A stretch of DNA of 64,000 nt from Didymodactylos carnosus (taxonomy: Eukaryota): contig CAJNOQ010000174.1 in the NCBI GenBank assembly GCA_905250885.1, positions 1,697-65,696 on the forward strand. The letters are read 5' to 3'. This document shows, in pieces, positions 63,666 through 64,000 of the stretch; position 1 is the first letter of the stretch; the number at the start of each line of letters is the position of its first letter. The notes under the pieces are model-generated. The model made no database searches. It worked only from the letters and a program-made list of their open reading frames with translations, and was not told where the DNA came from. The translations under genes were made by a program, and so were the position numbers.

Positions 63666-64000
63666 GAACTAGATATAGATAACTAAATAGGCAACGTTGT
63701 CTTGGTTTTGATTTTTGTTCTTGTTCTTGTTTTCATCATAAAATTTTAAGAAACAGACTGATTTAACGTGTGATGACATTTATTTTTGTTTTTCTGTTTT
63801 TTTTGTGTACAACAAGCAATAGATATTCGTAGTCAAACCAAATTTTGAAAAAAATGTATCATGAAAAATTCTCTCTCTGTTGCTCTGCCATTTGTTTTAT
63901 GATCAAATTGTTGATTTATACATGTTGCTCTCCGCTTAATTAGACATCTAAACCAGTTTTTCATCTCTCCACATCCTCCTCCTGCTTGGAGGAGATTCAA

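Noticed and set aside
1-64000. Prokaryotic-style features (operons, defence systems, CRISPR arrays, Shine-Dalgarno-led genes)
   Set aside because: Every supported gene has spliceosomal GT-AG introns and metazoan-specific families (LIS1, LHFPL, PPP1R37, TEP1). No direct-repeat/spacer arrays are present, and the inverted repeats found are eukaryotic MITE/foldback elements.

Overview
This window is not prokaryotic. It is an AT-rich nuclear genomic segment of about 30% GC from a metazoan, and every gene I could model has canonical GT-AG introns. Most introns are about 55-65 bp, with a few outliers of 120-370 bp or several kb. I cannot name the lineage from sequence alone. I found no CRISPR arrays or operons, and could not call any rRNA or tRNA with confidence.

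Genes supported by translated exons that I aligned from memory to known families:
- 1-4567, minus strand: a RINT1/TIP20-domain gene whose 3' end runs off the window start.
- 1404-2618, plus strand: an intact 404-aa single-exon ORF for a type I membrane glycoprotein, nested antisense inside a 1.7 kb RINT1 intron.
- 12653-15036, minus strand: a TOM70 mitochondrial import receptor homolog, with N-terminal membrane anchor, TPR repeats and an unusual Gly/Pro-rich C-terminal tail.
- 21086-23167, plus strand: a 4-exon gene for a 171-aa three-pass membrane protein of unknown family.
- 30351-36762, minus strand: a PPP1R37/LRRC68-like leucine-rich-repeat protein spread over about 6.4 kb with repeat-bearing introns.
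- 39728-49168, plus strand: a complete 14-exon gene for a 2703-aa TEP1-like protein (telomerase/vault-associated protein 1). It has N-terminal short repeats, a TROVE domain interrupted by an RGG box, a DUF4062 region, a NACHT P-loop NTPase and a long WD40 array.
- 50039-50713, plus strand: a 224-aa tail-anchored coiled-coil protein, possibly SNARE-like.
- 58682-59883, plus strand: a 4-exon LHFPL-family tetraspan gene.
- 61593-63665, plus strand: a complete 12-exon LIS1/PAFAH1B1 gene encoding 406 aa.

Non-coding space is rich in small inverted-repeat (MITE/foldback) elements:
- a 270-315 bp foldback family with termini CATATCACCGG...CCGGTGATATG, four copies;
- a family with TIR CCTAG(G)GAAGTACTCAT, present as a 428 bp copy and a 162 bp internally deleted copy;
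- a near-perfect 105-bp-arm foldback at 18235-18594;
- a 236 bp palindrome at 53383-53618;
- a GACAAGAGTC-type inverted-repeat cluster that bounds a 1.9 kb unit between the PPP1R37-like and TEP1-like genes;
- a 0.9 kb dispersed repeat present twice.

The most notable biology is the intact TEP1-like gene, whose TROVE domain carries an RGG-box insertion and whose exon 1 encodes TEP1-N-like short tandem repeats. Second to that are the antisense nested gene inside RINT1 and the diversity of apparently young foldback transposons.
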